Origin: Candidatus Saccharimonadia bacterium
GTDB lineage: Bacteria > Patescibacteriota > Saccharimonadia > UBA4664
Length of the DNA: 64,000 bases
Assembly (NCBI GenBank): GCA_035544015.1
Contig: DATKIP010000093.1
Coordinates: 281,454-345,453, forward strand
Reading direction: 5' to 3'
Shown here piece by piece: positions 18,528-28,648 of this stretch. A program made the translations under genes and the position numbers. The notes beneath the pieces are model-generated. The model had not been told where the DNA came from. It saw only the letters and a list, made by a program, of their open reading frames with translations, and did not search any database. Position 1 is the stretch's first letter. The number at the start of each line of letters is the position of its first letter.

Positions 18528-19568
18528 GTGAACTGCCCGGTATGCCAAACCGAAACCGCCACCGTTAAAATCGGGGGCCGGGATTACTGTGCGGTGTGTG
18601 GTACGGCAGCAATCCCCGGTGCACCATCCGCACCGCCGGCCAAGCGCGTGTCGCTCGACCTCTCACCCCGCAACCGCACCAATGCCGCCAGCCACCCAAC
18701 CGCCGGCCGTCACGCCCACCCCGCCAACGAACTGCACGCCCGCACCAAATCCGCACACCTGCTCGATCTGCGCGGCGCCGCACCGCATCCGGTTGAGCCG
18801 GCCGCAGTTGTGCATCCCGCCCATCACATCCCCGCCGAATCGCCCGGAGCCACCACCCGGGGCCGCCATCTAGCCCACTTCACCGACCGGTTTGAGAAAG
18901 CCCGCCAGGTCAATCGCAGTCCCCACATCCAAAAATTTGCCGGCGGCCGCATCGTCGAAGAACCCAATGCCCAACCCGAGCCGCCAAGCCAGGAGCTCCC
19001 GCCTCTAGCCGCCACCCACCACGAAGCCATGACGAGGCTCACCCCGACCCCGCCGGCCGAACCCCCCAAGACCCACACCGGCACCGGCGCGCCCTGGCGT
19101 CCGCACCTCGGCCTGAGCGCCGGCGGCAGCCGCACCCTCGCCACCGTCACCGCCGTGGCGCTGATGGGCGGCTACATTTGGCTACAAAACTACCCCAAAC
19201 TGGCCCTCCAAAACGCCAGCAACAAAGCCGGCGTGACAGCCTCACTACCCACATACCTCCCATCGAGCTACAGCCTAGCCGGCACCAATACCAGCCCCGG
19301 TCTCATCACCCTTAATTTTTCCAGCCCCAGCAGCACCGAGCCGCTCAAAATAGACCAACACCGCACCACCTGGGATTCCAGCTCGCTCCTCGACAACTTT
19401 GTCGCCAAAACTACCGACGATTATGCCACCGTGCAGGGCCAAGGCCTCACCATTTACCTGTTCAACAACAACCACGCCACCTGGGTCAACCGCGGCATCT
19501 GGTACAGCATCGAGGGCGCCAGCCGCCTCAGCCGCGAACAAATCCTCAAGATTGCATACTCACTTTAA
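18528..19568 (+). CDS. Hypothetical protein: N-terminal CxxC..CxxC zinc ribbon, disordered linker, TM, DUF4367-like C-terminus
   Basis: CPVC...CAVCG, one TM, LPTYLPSSY, W...GIWYSI...LS.EQILKIA. Confidence 0.7.
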   Translation: MNCPVCQTETATVKIGGRDYCAVCGTAAIPGAPSAPPAKRVSLDLSPRNRTNAASHPTAGRHAHPANELHARTKSAHLLDLRGAAPHPVEPAAVVHPAHHIPAESPGATTRGRHLAHFTDRFEKARQVNRSPHIQKFAGGRIVEEPNAQPEPPSQELPPLAATHHEAMTRLTPTPPAEPPKTHTGTGAPWRPHLGLSAGGSRTLATVTAVALMGGYIWLQNYPKLALQNASNKAGVTASLPTYLPSSYSLAGTNTSPGLITLNFSSPSSTEPLKIDQHRTTWDSSSLLDNFVAKTTDDYATVQGQGLTIYLFNNNHATWVNRGIWYSIEGASRLSREQILKIAYSL

Positions 19569-19586
19569 GGCAGGGTGTACAAACCA

Positions 19587-20075
19587 ATGTCTGAAAAAGA
19601 ATCCATCGCACGAGCTGAAGTCCAGGCTTACGCCGAAGATCCCTTCCGCACAGCCGCTCTCGAAATGGCGGTTAACGCTAAACAAGCACGCGCGACTGCA
19701 GCCCAGTACGAAAAACAAGCCCCACAACCATTTGTAGCCGGATCAGGCGACCTCGTCGGGCTAGCCGAAGCGCAAGCCGCCCGAGCCGAAGCCGCCCGCG
19801 ACCGCCTAGGCGAATTTGCCGTAGAGGCTGGAAACAACGCCGATATCGCCTTCTCCTATAAAGTTGAGCCGACGGGCGCAAAAACTCCCGCAGCGGCCAT
19901 GCAAACGTACGAGCTTGAGCAAGCTGTTTCGCGTGAGGAGCGAGCCCTACGGCTCGCCCAAAAGGACTCAAAAATTCCTGGGCTAGGGTGGGCTCGCCGG
20001 CAATTAGCTAAAAAATCCCCCGCCAGAATTCAACAACTCAAGGAAGCTATCCACCGCAATCTTGGCGGCAACTAA
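19587..20075 (+). CDS. Hypothetical helical protein
   Basis: Ala/Glu-rich ORF filling the gap. Confidence 0.6.
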   Translation: MSEKESIARAEVQAYAEDPFRTAALEMAVNAKQARATAAQYEKQAPQPFVAGSGDLVGLAEAQAARAEAARDRLGEFAVEAGNNADIAFSYKVEPTGAKTPAAAMQTYELEQAVSREERALRLAQKDSKIPGLGWARRQLAKKSPARIQQLKEAIHRNLGGN

Positions 20076-20112
20076 TAGCGCCGTCACCCGCATAAACAAC
20101 CGCCCGGTTTTA

Positions 20113-20157
20113 CTGTCCCGAGGAATGTAGTCCCCGTTCTTACATTCCCCCGGACAG
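20113..20157. repeat. Imperfect inverted repeat / hairpin
   Basis: CTGTCC-CGA-GGAATGTA ... TACATTCC-CCC-GGACAG. Confidence 0.55.
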
Positions 20158-20228
20158 CAAATTCGCACTCACTCGCATCACACCCCAGCAAAATGTGCTA
20201 GGCTAACAACAACCAACAGGGGAGAGCT

Positions 20229-20567
20229 ATGCAAGACGACCGCGCCTGGGACCGCATCGTAGATGCCGTCGAAACCAAATTTGGCCTCATCGAGCACGGC
20301 CGCTCCAAGCGTCCGGTCGAAGACGCCCCCGATCTCACCGAGTACGTTTCGTTCGTAATATTCAACCGCGACGGCGAAAAGTTTAAGCTCGAACGCATCC
20401 AAGGCCCCGCCATCATCGACCGCAAAACCATGGGCGCCCGCCGCGCCGGCGCCACCACCCGCGTCGAAAACGTTTACGACTCGGGCGAAGTCAGCTTCCG
20501 CACCAATCTCTACCGCGAAGACGGCGCCGACTGGGAGGCTATCGATCCGAGCATGCTCGGGTTATAA
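20229..20567 (+). CDS. Hypothetical protein
   Basis: 112 aa with SD and host-like codon usage, upstream of gltX. Confidence 0.75.
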   Translation: MQDDRAWDRIVDAVETKFGLIEHGRSKRPVEDAPDLTEYVSFVIFNRDGEKFKLERIQGPAIIDRKTMGARRAGATTRVENVYDSGEVSFRTNLYREDGADWEAIDPSMLGL

Positions 20568-20575
20568 TACGGTCC

Positions 20576-21985
20576 ATGTCAAGCAGCTCCACCGCCGTTC
20601 GCGTACGCTTCGCGCCCAGCCCCACCGGCTATCTCCACGTCGGCGGGATTCGCTCGGCCCTGTTTAACTATCTCTGGGCTCGCCACAACGGCGGCCAGTT
20701 TGTGCTGCGCATCGAAGACACCGACCGCGCCCGGCTCGTCGAAGGCTCCATGGATCAAATCAACGACAGCCTCCAGGCTCTCGGTATCGCACCCGACGAA
20801 GGGCCGCGCCAGGGCGGTCCGTTCGGCCCGTATCTGCAATCCGAGCGGCTCGACCTGTACCGCGCGCACGCCGAGCAGCTCGTCGCCTCAGGTGCCCTGT
20901 ACCCATGCTGGTGCCCACCCGAACGCCTCACCGCCCTACGCGAGGAGACTCAAAAAGCCGGCGTCGCCTTCAAATACGATCGCCATTGCCTCATCGCCGA
21001 AAACCAACGCAGCATGGACGAACCGCATGTGCTCCGTTTCAAAATCCCCGAAACCCCCGACACCATCGGCTGGGACGACGCCGTCCGCGGCCGCAACCAA
21101 TTCAAAATCACCGAGCTCGACGACTTCGTGGCCCTCAAATCCGACGGCTACCCCACCTACCACCTCGCCAACGTCATCGACGACCACCTCATGCACATCA
21201 CTCACGTGCTCCGCGCCGACGAATGGCTTCCCAGCACCCCCAAACACCTGTTGCTCTTCGAGGCCTTCGGCTGGCAGCCGCCCGTTTACGCCCACTTGCC
21301 CCCCGTGCAAGGCCCGGACGGCAAAAAGAAGCTCAGTAAACGCGACGGCGCCCAGTCGGTAGGGGAGTACATCGCCGAGGGCTACCTGCCCGAGGCCCTC
21401 ATGAGCTTTCTAGCCTCACTCGGCTGGAATGACGGCACCACGCAGGAAGTATTCACCCCCACCGAGCTCATCGCCAAATTCACCCTCGAGCGCGTCCAGA
21501 AAAGCCCCGCCATGTTTGACCGCGAGCGCCTCACCTGGATCAACGGGCTTATGATCCGGCAGATGCCCCTAGAACAGCTCCTGGAGCGCTCAGAGGCCTT
21601 TTGGCCGCCCGAAGCAGCAAATACCTCGCCCGCCTACCGCCAGCAGGTTCTGGGGCTCGTTCAGGAGCGGCTCAAATACCTGGCCGAATTACCCAGCCTC
21701 ACCGACTTTTTCTTTGCCGATCCCAGCGCCGATGCCCTCGCCGCCGACGCTAAGCTAGCACATCAAGCCCACCAGGCCCTAGCCGATTCCAATTTCACCG
21801 AGGCCGACCTTGAACACCGCCTGCGCGCCCTCGCCGAACAGCTCGCCCTCAAACCCGGCACCCTCTTTACCGCTATCCGCCTCGCCACCACGGGCAAAAA
21901 AGCCGCCCCGGGGCTGTTTGAGACGCTGCACGTCCTCGGCAAGGACATTTCGCTCCAACGCCTAGAAGCTGCCTCCAACAGATAG
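20576..21985 (+). CDS. gltX: Glutamate--tRNA ligase
   Basis: RFAPSPTG, HVGG (HIGH), LRIEDTD, KLSKR. Confidence 0.97.
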   Translation: MSSSSTAVRVRFAPSPTGYLHVGGIRSALFNYLWARHNGGQFVLRIEDTDRARLVEGSMDQINDSLQALGIAPDEGPRQGGPFGPYLQSERLDLYRAHAEQLVASGALYPCWCPPERLTALREETQKAGVAFKYDRHCLIAENQRSMDEPHVLRFKIPETPDTIGWDDAVRGRNQFKITELDDFVALKSDGYPTYHLANVIDDHLMHITHVLRADEWLPSTPKHLLLFEAFGWQPPVYAHLPPVQGPDGKKKLSKRDGAQSVGEYIAEGYLPEALMSFLASLGWNDGTTQEVFTPTELIAKFTLERVQKSPAMFDRERLTWINGLMIRQMPLEQLLERSEAFWPPEAANTSPAYRQQVLGLVQERLKYLAELPSLTDFFFADPSADALAADAKLAHQAHQALADSNFTEADLEHRLRALAEQLALKPGTLFTAIRLATTGKKAAPGLFETLHVLGKDISLQRLEAASNR

Positions 21986-22021
21986 AAGCTGCACATTTAG
22001 GCCTCTCCGGAGCCAACAGGT

Positions 22022-22051
22022 TTGACAAGCTCGGTCTCCCTGGCCTATAGT
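22022..22051 (+). promoter_or_regulatory. Strong sigma70-type promoter
   Basis: TTGACA, 18 nt, TATAGT. Confidence 0.7.
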
Positions 22052-22083
22052 TCAAACACTTAAGCGAGTGAGGTCAAAAACCC

Positions 22084-22287
22084 ATGAGTGTTTCTTTCTA
22101 CGACGTTAAAACCCGCCAGTCCGTGGATGTAGCCGACGGCGACGTCTCCAAGACCAAGTACGAGCGCACCACCAAAGACGGCAAGACTCAGGTCCGCTAC
22201 GCCCTCCGCGGCAACTACCAGGGCCGCAACCTGACCAAGTTCGTCAGCCAGGCTACCTGGGACGCCTTCGACGGCCCCGTCGTCTAG
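22084..22287 (+). CDS. Small beta-rich protein, CC1/DUF5679-like
   Basis: 67 aa with FYDVK motif, own promoter, GAGGT SD and terminator. Confidence 0.7.
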   Translation: MSVSFYDVKTRQSVDVADGDVSKTKYERTTKDGKTQVRYALRGNYQGRNLTKFVSQATWDAFDGPVV

Positions 22288-22313
22288 ACCACCAGCCAAT
22301 CTTGTCCGAAACG

Positions 22314-22340
22314 AAACGGAGACCCCTCGGGTCTCCGTTT
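22314..22340 (+). terminator. Intrinsic terminator
   Basis: AAACGGAGACCC-CTC-GGGTCTCCGTTT. Confidence 0.8.
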
Positions 22341-22371
22341 AGCATAAGCGGCATGATGATATACTGGAGGT

Positions 22372-23520
22372 ATGAATGAACTCGACCCCCAGACCCCCAA
22401 CCCCACCCCAGAATCCATCATCGTTGCAAATCCCCACGCCAAGCCCAAACCCCCCAGCCGTTGGCTCAAACGCCACCGCAAAGCGGCCATAATCATCGCC
22501 GTGGCCGTAGTAGTAGTCGCGGGCGCCGGCGCGCTGGGCTGGAACCTCACGCACCCCAAAAAGCCCGTTGCCCACGCTACGCCTACGCCCAAACCCAGCC
22601 CCACTCCCGTCCCAACGCCTGTCACCAAACTGTCTCCACTCACCGGCGTGGCGGTGGATCCCGCCCTCGCCAACCGTCCGATCACCGGCGTGGTCATCGA
22701 AAACCAAACCGACGCCCGACCTCAATCCGGTCTGAGCCAAGCCGGCGTCGTGTACGAAGCCAACGCCGAGGGTGGCATCACGCGCTTCATCGCTTTCTTT
22801 CTCGACCAGCGCCCACCCAGCCTCGGTCCCGTCCGCAGCCTGCGCACCTATTTCGTCGACTGGGCACTCGAGTTCAACTCACCCGTCGCCCACGCCGGCG
22901 GCAACGCCGACGCCCTCGATCTCGTCAGCCCGCTGGGCATGAAAGACCTCAACGCCCTCAGCTTCGCCGCCAGCGGCTTCTACCGCACCACCGACCGCTT
23001 CGCACCCCACAACCTCTACACCAGCAGCGACAAGCTCGATCAGCTCCTGGCCACCCACAAATTCAACGGCCCCGCCACGTTCACCCCCAGCCCGCGCAAA
23101 CCCGACACCCCCGTTGCCACCCCTCCTCACCCCAACATTCACATCGACTACTCCTACGCCGGCTATCAAGTCGATTACAAATACGACCCCACCACCAACG
23201 ACTACGCCCGTTCGCTCGCCGGGGCCCCGCATGTTGATCGCAATACGGGCAAGCAAATCCACGTCAAAAACATCGTCATCGAAATGATGCCCACGAGCAA
23301 CGGCACCACCCGCATCGGCGAACAAACCGTCATCATGGGCACCGTGGGCAAAGGCCAGGGCTGGGTGTTGCGCGACGGCGACGCCATCCCCGTCACCTGG
23401 TCCAAAGATTCGCACAGCGCCCGCACCAAGCTCCTCGACGCTAGCGGCAACGACGTCCCGCTCGACGCCGGCAACACCTGGTACTCGATCGTGCCAGTCG
23501 GTAAAACCGTTTCGTTCTAA
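22372..23520 (+). CDS. DUF3048 (YerB-like) membrane-anchored protein
   Basis: SPLTG, IEN...ARPQSGL..A..VYE...EGGITRF, GPVRS.R, APHNLY. Confidence 0.88.
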   Translation: MNELDPQTPNPTPESIIVANPHAKPKPPSRWLKRHRKAAIIIAVAVVVVAGAGALGWNLTHPKKPVAHATPTPKPSPTPVPTPVTKLSPLTGVAVDPALANRPITGVVIENQTDARPQSGLSQAGVVYEANAEGGITRFIAFFLDQRPPSLGPVRSLRTYFVDWALEFNSPVAHAGGNADALDLVSPLGMKDLNALSFAASGFYRTTDRFAPHNLYTSSDKLDQLLATHKFNGPATFTPSPRKPDTPVATPPHPNIHIDYSYAGYQVDYKYDPTTNDYARSLAGAPHVDRNTGKQIHVKNIVIEMMPTSNGTTRIGEQTVIMGTVGKGQGWVLRDGDAIPVTWSKDSHSARTKLLDASGNDVPLDAGNTWYSIVPVGKTVSF

Positions 23521-23550
23521 GATTCAGGTCCGACGCACCCCCACTAAGAA

Positions 23551-24450
23551 CTAACGCGGCCGATCCTCCATAAAACCCCGATTCGGGAAATACTTTCCGG
23601 TTATATCCACAAAACCCGCCATATATTTGGCGTTAACCGATCTACTAACCCTGCGCGCACTTCCAGGAACGTCCGCTTCCAAATAAAAATCAGCCGGGGG
23701 CTCGTACTCCATAGTCCTCACCGCACCCGCGGGCCCTTTGCGCTCAATCTCGTGGGCATCCGGGCCCAGGGGCATTGCCACCACAAACTTCCCACTAGCC
23801 TGAGGACCATAATACCCATCCACTACCGTGTGGCGTATGTCCGGCGGCCCCATCGTATGATCCATGGTCAAAAACCGATGGGCGATGGGACTATGTCGCA
23901 AATCTATACCCCTTTGTTCTTTTAGATACTCAACCGCCTCTTGCGCCGTCAGCGGCCCCGACTGATTCACTCCGATCGCATAATCAGCCCCGCCCAACAA
24001 AACCTCTTGGTCGGCGGGCAATCTACCCTCCAAGAGCGCCGGCGCGGTCTCCCGCAGCTTCGCCTCAATGCCAGCCTGCAATCTCTGCCGCTCAACCGTA
24101 TCTTTTATCATCTCGCGGCGCTTTGCGCGCAATTGATCCTGCTGCTCTTTCCGAAGATTGCCCCACATTGCATTGAATTCTGCTTCATCCGCCAGCTCAA
24201 TCTGTCCCCCCGAAGCAAAAAAGCGCTCAAGCATAGCCCAATGCTTTGCCTGCGCCCGATCAGCCGCTAGCAGCTCGGCCTCTTGTTGTGCCACCGAACC
24301 CTGAGCCGACAAAGGCTCTTGACTGGGCTCATCATCTAGGAATGCGGCCTGATCAGCCATATCGGCCAACGCCTGGCGCCACTTAACTCCCTCCTTCGTA
24401 TATCGAACGTCGCCGATGGGCATAGGTTGACCGGTCTCATATTCGTTCAT
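23551..24450 (-). CDS. Hypothetical protein
   Basis: About 299 aa with GGAG SD before ATG 24450. Confidence 0.65.
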   Translation of the reverse strand: MNEYETGQPMPIGDVRYTKEGVKWRQALADMADQAAFLDDEPSQEPLSAQGSVAQQEAELLAADRAQAKHWAMLERFFASGGQIELADEAEFNAMWGNLRKEQQDQLRAKRREMIKDTVERQRLQAGIEAKLRETAPALLEGRLPADQEVLLGGADYAIGVNQSGPLTAQEAVEYLKEQRGIDLRHSPIAHRFLTMDHTMGPPDIRHTVVDGYYGPQASGKFVVAMPLGPDAHEIERKGPAGAVRTMEYEPPADFYLEADVPGSARRVSRSVNAKYMAGFVDITGKYFPNRGFMEDRPR

Positions 24451-24506
24451 AACCTTGATCTCCACGACGCTTATGCTAAAGTAAGCATAGTTCATAACAA
24501 AATCGA

Positions 24507-25136
24507 ATGAAAGCCAAAACAAAACGGCGCGTCCTGCACGTGCTCACCAAGAAAAAACTCGTTAAACGCAAGACTTCAAAGCACGTCTTGAGGTCGTTTT
24601 TGGTATTGCTGGCTACCGTTTCCATGGGCTCGCTGGCCTACGGCATCACACTCAACAAGCCCATAGTCGGCGTGTCCGTGCACACCTCTGCTGCCGGCGG
24701 CGTCCAAATTCAAGCCCCTGTCATCGCCGGCCCGCCCACGCCGCAGCCCGTAGGCGGCCCCGCCGCCATGACCGGCCGCGGTTCGTGGTACGCACTCGGC
24801 CTCCCCGCCCCGGACAGCCTCACCTGCGCCTCTCGCACCTTCCCGCGCGGCACGTATTTGCTCGTCAAAGACCTCTACAACAACAATACCGTCGTCTGTC
24901 GCGTCAACGATTACGGCCCCGAAGCCTGGACCGGCCGCATCATCGACCTCTCGCGCGGCTCTTTCAGCGCCGTCGACAACCTCGGTCGCGGCACCATCCC
25001 CGTAGAGCTACGAGTAGCCAGCGGACCTACCGGCGGCCTGTCACCCACCGAAAACGACCTCGTAGCAGTGGTCGGCTACTCACTCTGCCACAAATCCCAC
25101 GCCGGCCAATTCTGCGAACAGCACCGCCAAGACTAA
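24507..25136 (+). CDS. rlpA: RlpA-like double-psi beta-barrel lytic transglycosylase
   Basis: GSWY, CASRTFPRGT, VNDYGP...RIIDLS. N-terminal anchor. Confidence 0.85.
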   Translation: MKAKTKRRVLHVLTKKKLVKRKTSKHVLRSFLVLLATVSMGSLAYGITLNKPIVGVSVHTSAAGGVQIQAPVIAGPPTPQPVGGPAAMTGRGSWYALGLPAPDSLTCASRTFPRGTYLLVKDLYNNNTVVCRVNDYGPEAWTGRIIDLSRGSFSAVDNLGRGTIPVELRVASGPTGGLSPTENDLVAVVGYSLCHKSHAGQFCEQHRQD

Positions 25137-25152
25137 AACCCAGCCGCAAAAA

Positions 25153-25617
25153 CTACTTTACGCCCACCAGCTCAACCTCAAACGTCAGCGTAGAATTCGG
25201 CGGAATCCCTTCCTTGGCTTGCGCCCCATAGCCCAAGTCCGGCGGAATCACGAGCTTGCGCTTACCACCCACCTTCATCCCGGGAATACCCTCTTGCCAC
25301 CCCTTAATCACCCCACCGCTCAGCGAAAATTCCAGGCCGTTCGGATCGTGGCGCTCACTGGCATCGAACACCGTCCCGTCGGCCAGCATGCCGGTATACT
25401 TAGCCGTCACCGTGCTATCGGCCTTAGCCTCTGCCCCTGTGCCAATCACTTCATCGGTCACCACGAGTCCCGCCCCAGGCGATGCCGCCACGCTCGAGGC
25501 AGGCGACGAAGCCGGCGCGACCGCCCCGCCCTGCAACACAAATACCGCCCCCACGATCAACGCAATAACCGCCAGCGAAGCAATCACAATCAGTACACGT
25601 GTACCCACAAAATCCAC
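25153..25617 (-). CDS. FKBP-type peptidyl-prolyl isomerase
   Basis: YTGML.DGTVFD, VIKGWQEG, GMKVGGKRKLVIPP.LGYG, IPPNSTL.FEVEL. Confidence 0.95.
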   Translation of the reverse strand: MDFVGTRVLIVIASLAVIALIVGAVFVLQGGAVAPASSPASSVAASPGAGLVVTDEVIGTGAEAKADSTVTAKYTGMLADGTVFDASERHDPNGLEFSLSGGVIKGWQEGIPGMKVGGKRKLVIPPDLGYGAQAKEGIPPNSTLTFEVELVGVK

Positions 25618-25688
25618 CTTTGCTTACATTTCGAATCCAATTGTAACACGCGCTAGCAAAGACCCTGGGGAAGCATTAGAATTATTGC

Positions 25689-27230
25689 GTGGGATCTGAA
25701 CGCTTCAAACGCCGCACACTGGCGCTTTTCTTTATCGTTTCGCTGGTACCGGCACTCATCGTGGGAGCCGTCTGGTACGTCTACACGCAGAGCGCCACGC
25801 TCAATTTCCTCTTTCTCGACTTCAACACCTTCGTGCTACCGGTTATCATGGTCGGCGTGATCCCGGCAGTGATCCTCAGCTTCATTTTCGCCGAACTCCT
25901 CGCCCGGCCCATTCGCCGCATTCACCATGCCACCACCAAGCTCGCCGCCGGCGAATTTGCCCGCCAATTCGATGACGCCGGCAACGGCGAATTCGCCGAA
26001 ATCGGCCATGCCCTCGACAAAGTCGCCACCAAACTCCAAGATACCTTATCCGAAGCCGCCAGCGAGACCGCCGTCATCGAATCCGAACGCGGCAAATTGC
26101 GCAGCGTGCTCAACTCCATGACCGACGGCGTCTTCGCGCTTGATCGCAGCGGCCGCATCATCTTGTTTAACAAAGCCGCCTGCGAACTCACCGGGCGCAC
26201 CATCCGTGAAGTCGCCGGACAGCTCGCCGAAAAGGTGATGCCGTTCCGCCAAAACGGCGAGCTCGTCATGACCCGCTGGCTCGCGTCGGGCAGTGGCGCC
26301 GAGCACAAAGTAGGGGAGTGGAAAAGCCTTGAGCTCTACCGCGCCGACGGCCACAGCCTCTACGTCGACGTGCAGGCGGTGGTGATCAAAGACGACCCCA
26401 ACGGCATCGCCGCCCTCGTCACCTTCCATGACCTCACCAAATCTCACCAGCTCGAAGAGATGAAGATCGATTTTGTGGCTCTAGCGGCACACGAACTACG
26501 CACGCCACTCACCGAAATCAAAGGCTATCTCGACATCCTTCGCACCGAAGCCAAGGGCCTCACCAAAACCCAGCAAGCCTTTCTAGCTCAAGCCATTATC
26601 AGCGCCGGCCAGCTCGGCAGCCTCATGCACAACCTGCTGAATGTTTCACGCATCGAACACGGCGAGCTCAGCTATCAGCCCGAACTTATCGACTTCCGTA
26701 CGTTCATACTAAACACCGAGCCCGCACTGCAAGAGCGCGCCCTCCAGCAACACCGCCGTCTCACCCTCACCGTACCCAAGCAACCCCTGCTCGTAATGGG
26801 GGACGCCTCCGCCCTGCGCGAGGTCATCGACAACCTCGTGTCCAACGCCATCGAGCACACCACATCGGCCTCCGGCACCATCGACATCGAGGTCACGCCG
26901 CGCCGCACCAGCATCGAAACCACCGTCACCGACAACGGCACCGGTATTCCCGCGCGCGCCCTGCCCCGGCTATTCACCAAATTTTATCGCGTTGACGAAC
27001 TCAAGGCACCCACCCACGGCACTGGGTTGGGCCTCTACATCTGTCGATCTATCGTGGAGGCCCATGGCGGCAGCATCGTCGTGGAATCGAAAGAAGGAGA
27101 GGGGAGTACATTTACCTTTATCCTGCCCCGCCAAGCAGTTGCCACGCGCACCCAATCTAGCCATAATGATAATGAAACCACAATCACCCGAGGAGCCCAT
27201 GGCTGGATCAAAAACCATCCTGTTCGTTGA
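25689..27230 (+). CDS. Sensor histidine kinase (TM-HAMP-PAS-HisKA-HATPase)
   Basis: AHELRTPLT H-box, NLVSNA, DNGTGI, GTGLGL. Confidence 0.93.
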   Translation: MGSERFKRRTLALFFIVSLVPALIVGAVWYVYTQSATLNFLFLDFNTFVLPVIMVGVIPAVILSFIFAELLARPIRRIHHATTKLAAGEFARQFDDAGNGEFAEIGHALDKVATKLQDTLSEAASETAVIESERGKLRSVLNSMTDGVFALDRSGRIILFNKAACELTGRTIREVAGQLAEKVMPFRQNGELVMTRWLASGSGAEHKVGEWKSLELYRADGHSLYVDVQAVVIKDDPNGIAALVTFHDLTKSHQLEEMKIDFVALAAHELRTPLTEIKGYLDILRTEAKGLTKTQQAFLAQAIISAGQLGSLMHNLLNVSRIEHGELSYQPELIDFRTFILNTEPALQERALQQHRRLTLTVPKQPLLVMGDASALREVIDNLVSNAIEHTTSASGTIDIEVTPRRTSIETTVTDNGTGIPARALPRLFTKFYRVDELKAPTHGTGLGLYICRSIVEAHGGSIVVESKEGEGSTFTFILPRQAVATRTQSSHNDNETTITRGAHGWIKNHPVR

Positions 27231-27576
27231 AGATGACAAACCGATCGCCGAGATGTACTCCCGAGTCTTGGAGCGTGAAGGCTTCCAGATAGAATTTGCC
27301 TACAACGGCACCGAAGGCCTCCAAAAAGCCCGGACCAAACATTACGATCTCATTTTGCTCGACATCATGATGCCCGAAAAAACCGGCATCGAAGTACTCA
27401 ATGCCCTGCGCGGCGAAGACGGCAAAGGCAGCGCCCAAACCAAAATCGTCATCCTCACCAATCTCGCCCAAGACAAAACCAGCCAAGAAGCCCTCAAGGC
27501 CCAGGCCGACGGCTACATCATCAAAGCCGACATCGTACCAAGCCAGCTTGCCGGTCTCATCTCCAAGCTACTCTAA
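27199..27576 (+). CDS. Single-domain response regulator (receiver only)
   Basis: VEDD, LLDIMMP, LTN, YIIK. AGGAG SD. Confidence 0.92.
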   Translation: MAGSKTILFVEDDKPIAEMYSRVLEREGFQIEFAYNGTEGLQKARTKHYDLILLDIMMPEKTGIEVLNALRGEDGKGSAQTKIVILTNLAQDKTSQEALKAQADGYIIKADIVPSQLAGLISKLL

Positions 27577-27589
27577 GCCTAGCAGCAGC

Positions 27590-28648
27590 CTAAGCGTGCC
27601 GCCGTCCCCGGGCCTGCAAACTCGACATCACCGCCAGGCCGATGAAAATCGCCCCGGTCAAACCCGTAATTACCTCCGGCACGTCGTATCGCAAGCTAGC
27701 CGCCATCAGTACCGCTAGCGCCCCCAAAGCATAGTGCGCTCCGTGCTCCAGATAAATAAACTCACCTAGCGTATCGTGGCGCACCAGCCACACCGTCAGC
27801 TCCCGCACAAAGAACGCCCCCACCCCGAGGCCAATCGCGATCGTCAGCACATTACTCGTAATCGCAAACGCCCCGATCACGCCGTCAAACGAGAACGATG
27901 CGTCGAGCACCTCCAGATACAAAAACAAAAACAACGCCGCCCGGCCGGCCAGCCCCACCGTCGCTTTGGCCGCATGCGCCGAAGAACCATCTGGCCGCAC
28001 CCCCCCAAACTGCTCAAACAACTCGCTAAACCCTCGCACAGCCAGGTACGTCGCCAACCCCGTCACCCCGGCCATCATCACCCGCTGCGACTCTGCCGCA
28101 CCCCACGTATGACTCACCACAATCAGCGCCAGCAGCGCCAATAAACTCGATAGCGTCTTCAGCCGGCCACCACTGGCGAGCGGCGCCTCAATCACGGCCA
28201 GCCAATGCACCCGCTTGGCTTCATCGAGCAAAAAATCCAGAAAAATCATGAGCAAAAAAATTCCACCAAAGGCCGCGATAGCCGGATGCGCATCCGCCAA
28301 CCGCACCGCGTACTCCGAAGGGTGATTCAAGATCAAATCGATCACGGCCCCAAACCCCAAACCAGCCGTCACCGCCACGATCACCACCGGAAACACCAGC
28401 CGCATACCCACCACCGCGATCACCATACCCACAGTCATAAACATCCGCTGCCAAAACGCGTTAAGCCGCCGCAATACCGTGGCGTTAATCACGGCATTGT
28501 CAAACGACAGCGAAATCTCCAGTACCGCCAGCACCGCCACGAGCACCGCCTCGCCCGGTCCGCCTACCATTGCCGCTAGCACCACGCCGGCCAGCAATAC
28601 AAGCAGCGGATACTTCACAGCCGACAGCAATGATCCGAAAACATTCAT
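27590..28648 (-). CDS. DUF475 / TerC-like membrane protein
   Basis: LEISLSFDNAVINA, YLEVLDASFSFDGVIGAFA, YLEHGAHYA. Confidence 0.9.
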   Translation of the reverse strand: MNVFGSLLSAVKYPLLVLLAGVVLAAMVGGPGEAVLVAVLAVLEISLSFDNAVINATVLRRLNAFWQRMFMTVGMVIAVVGMRLVFPVVIVAVTAGLGFGAVIDLILNHPSEYAVRLADAHPAIAAFGGIFLLMIFLDFLLDEAKRVHWLAVIEAPLASGGRLKTLSSLLALLALIVVSHTWGAAESQRVMMAGVTGLATYLAVRGFSELFEQFGGVRPDGSSAHAAKATVGLAGRAALFLFLYLEVLDASFSFDGVIGAFAITSNVLTIAIGLGVGAFFVRELTVWLVRHDTLGEFIYLEHGAHYALGALAVLMAASLRYDVPEVITGLTGAIFIGLAVMSSLQARGRRHA

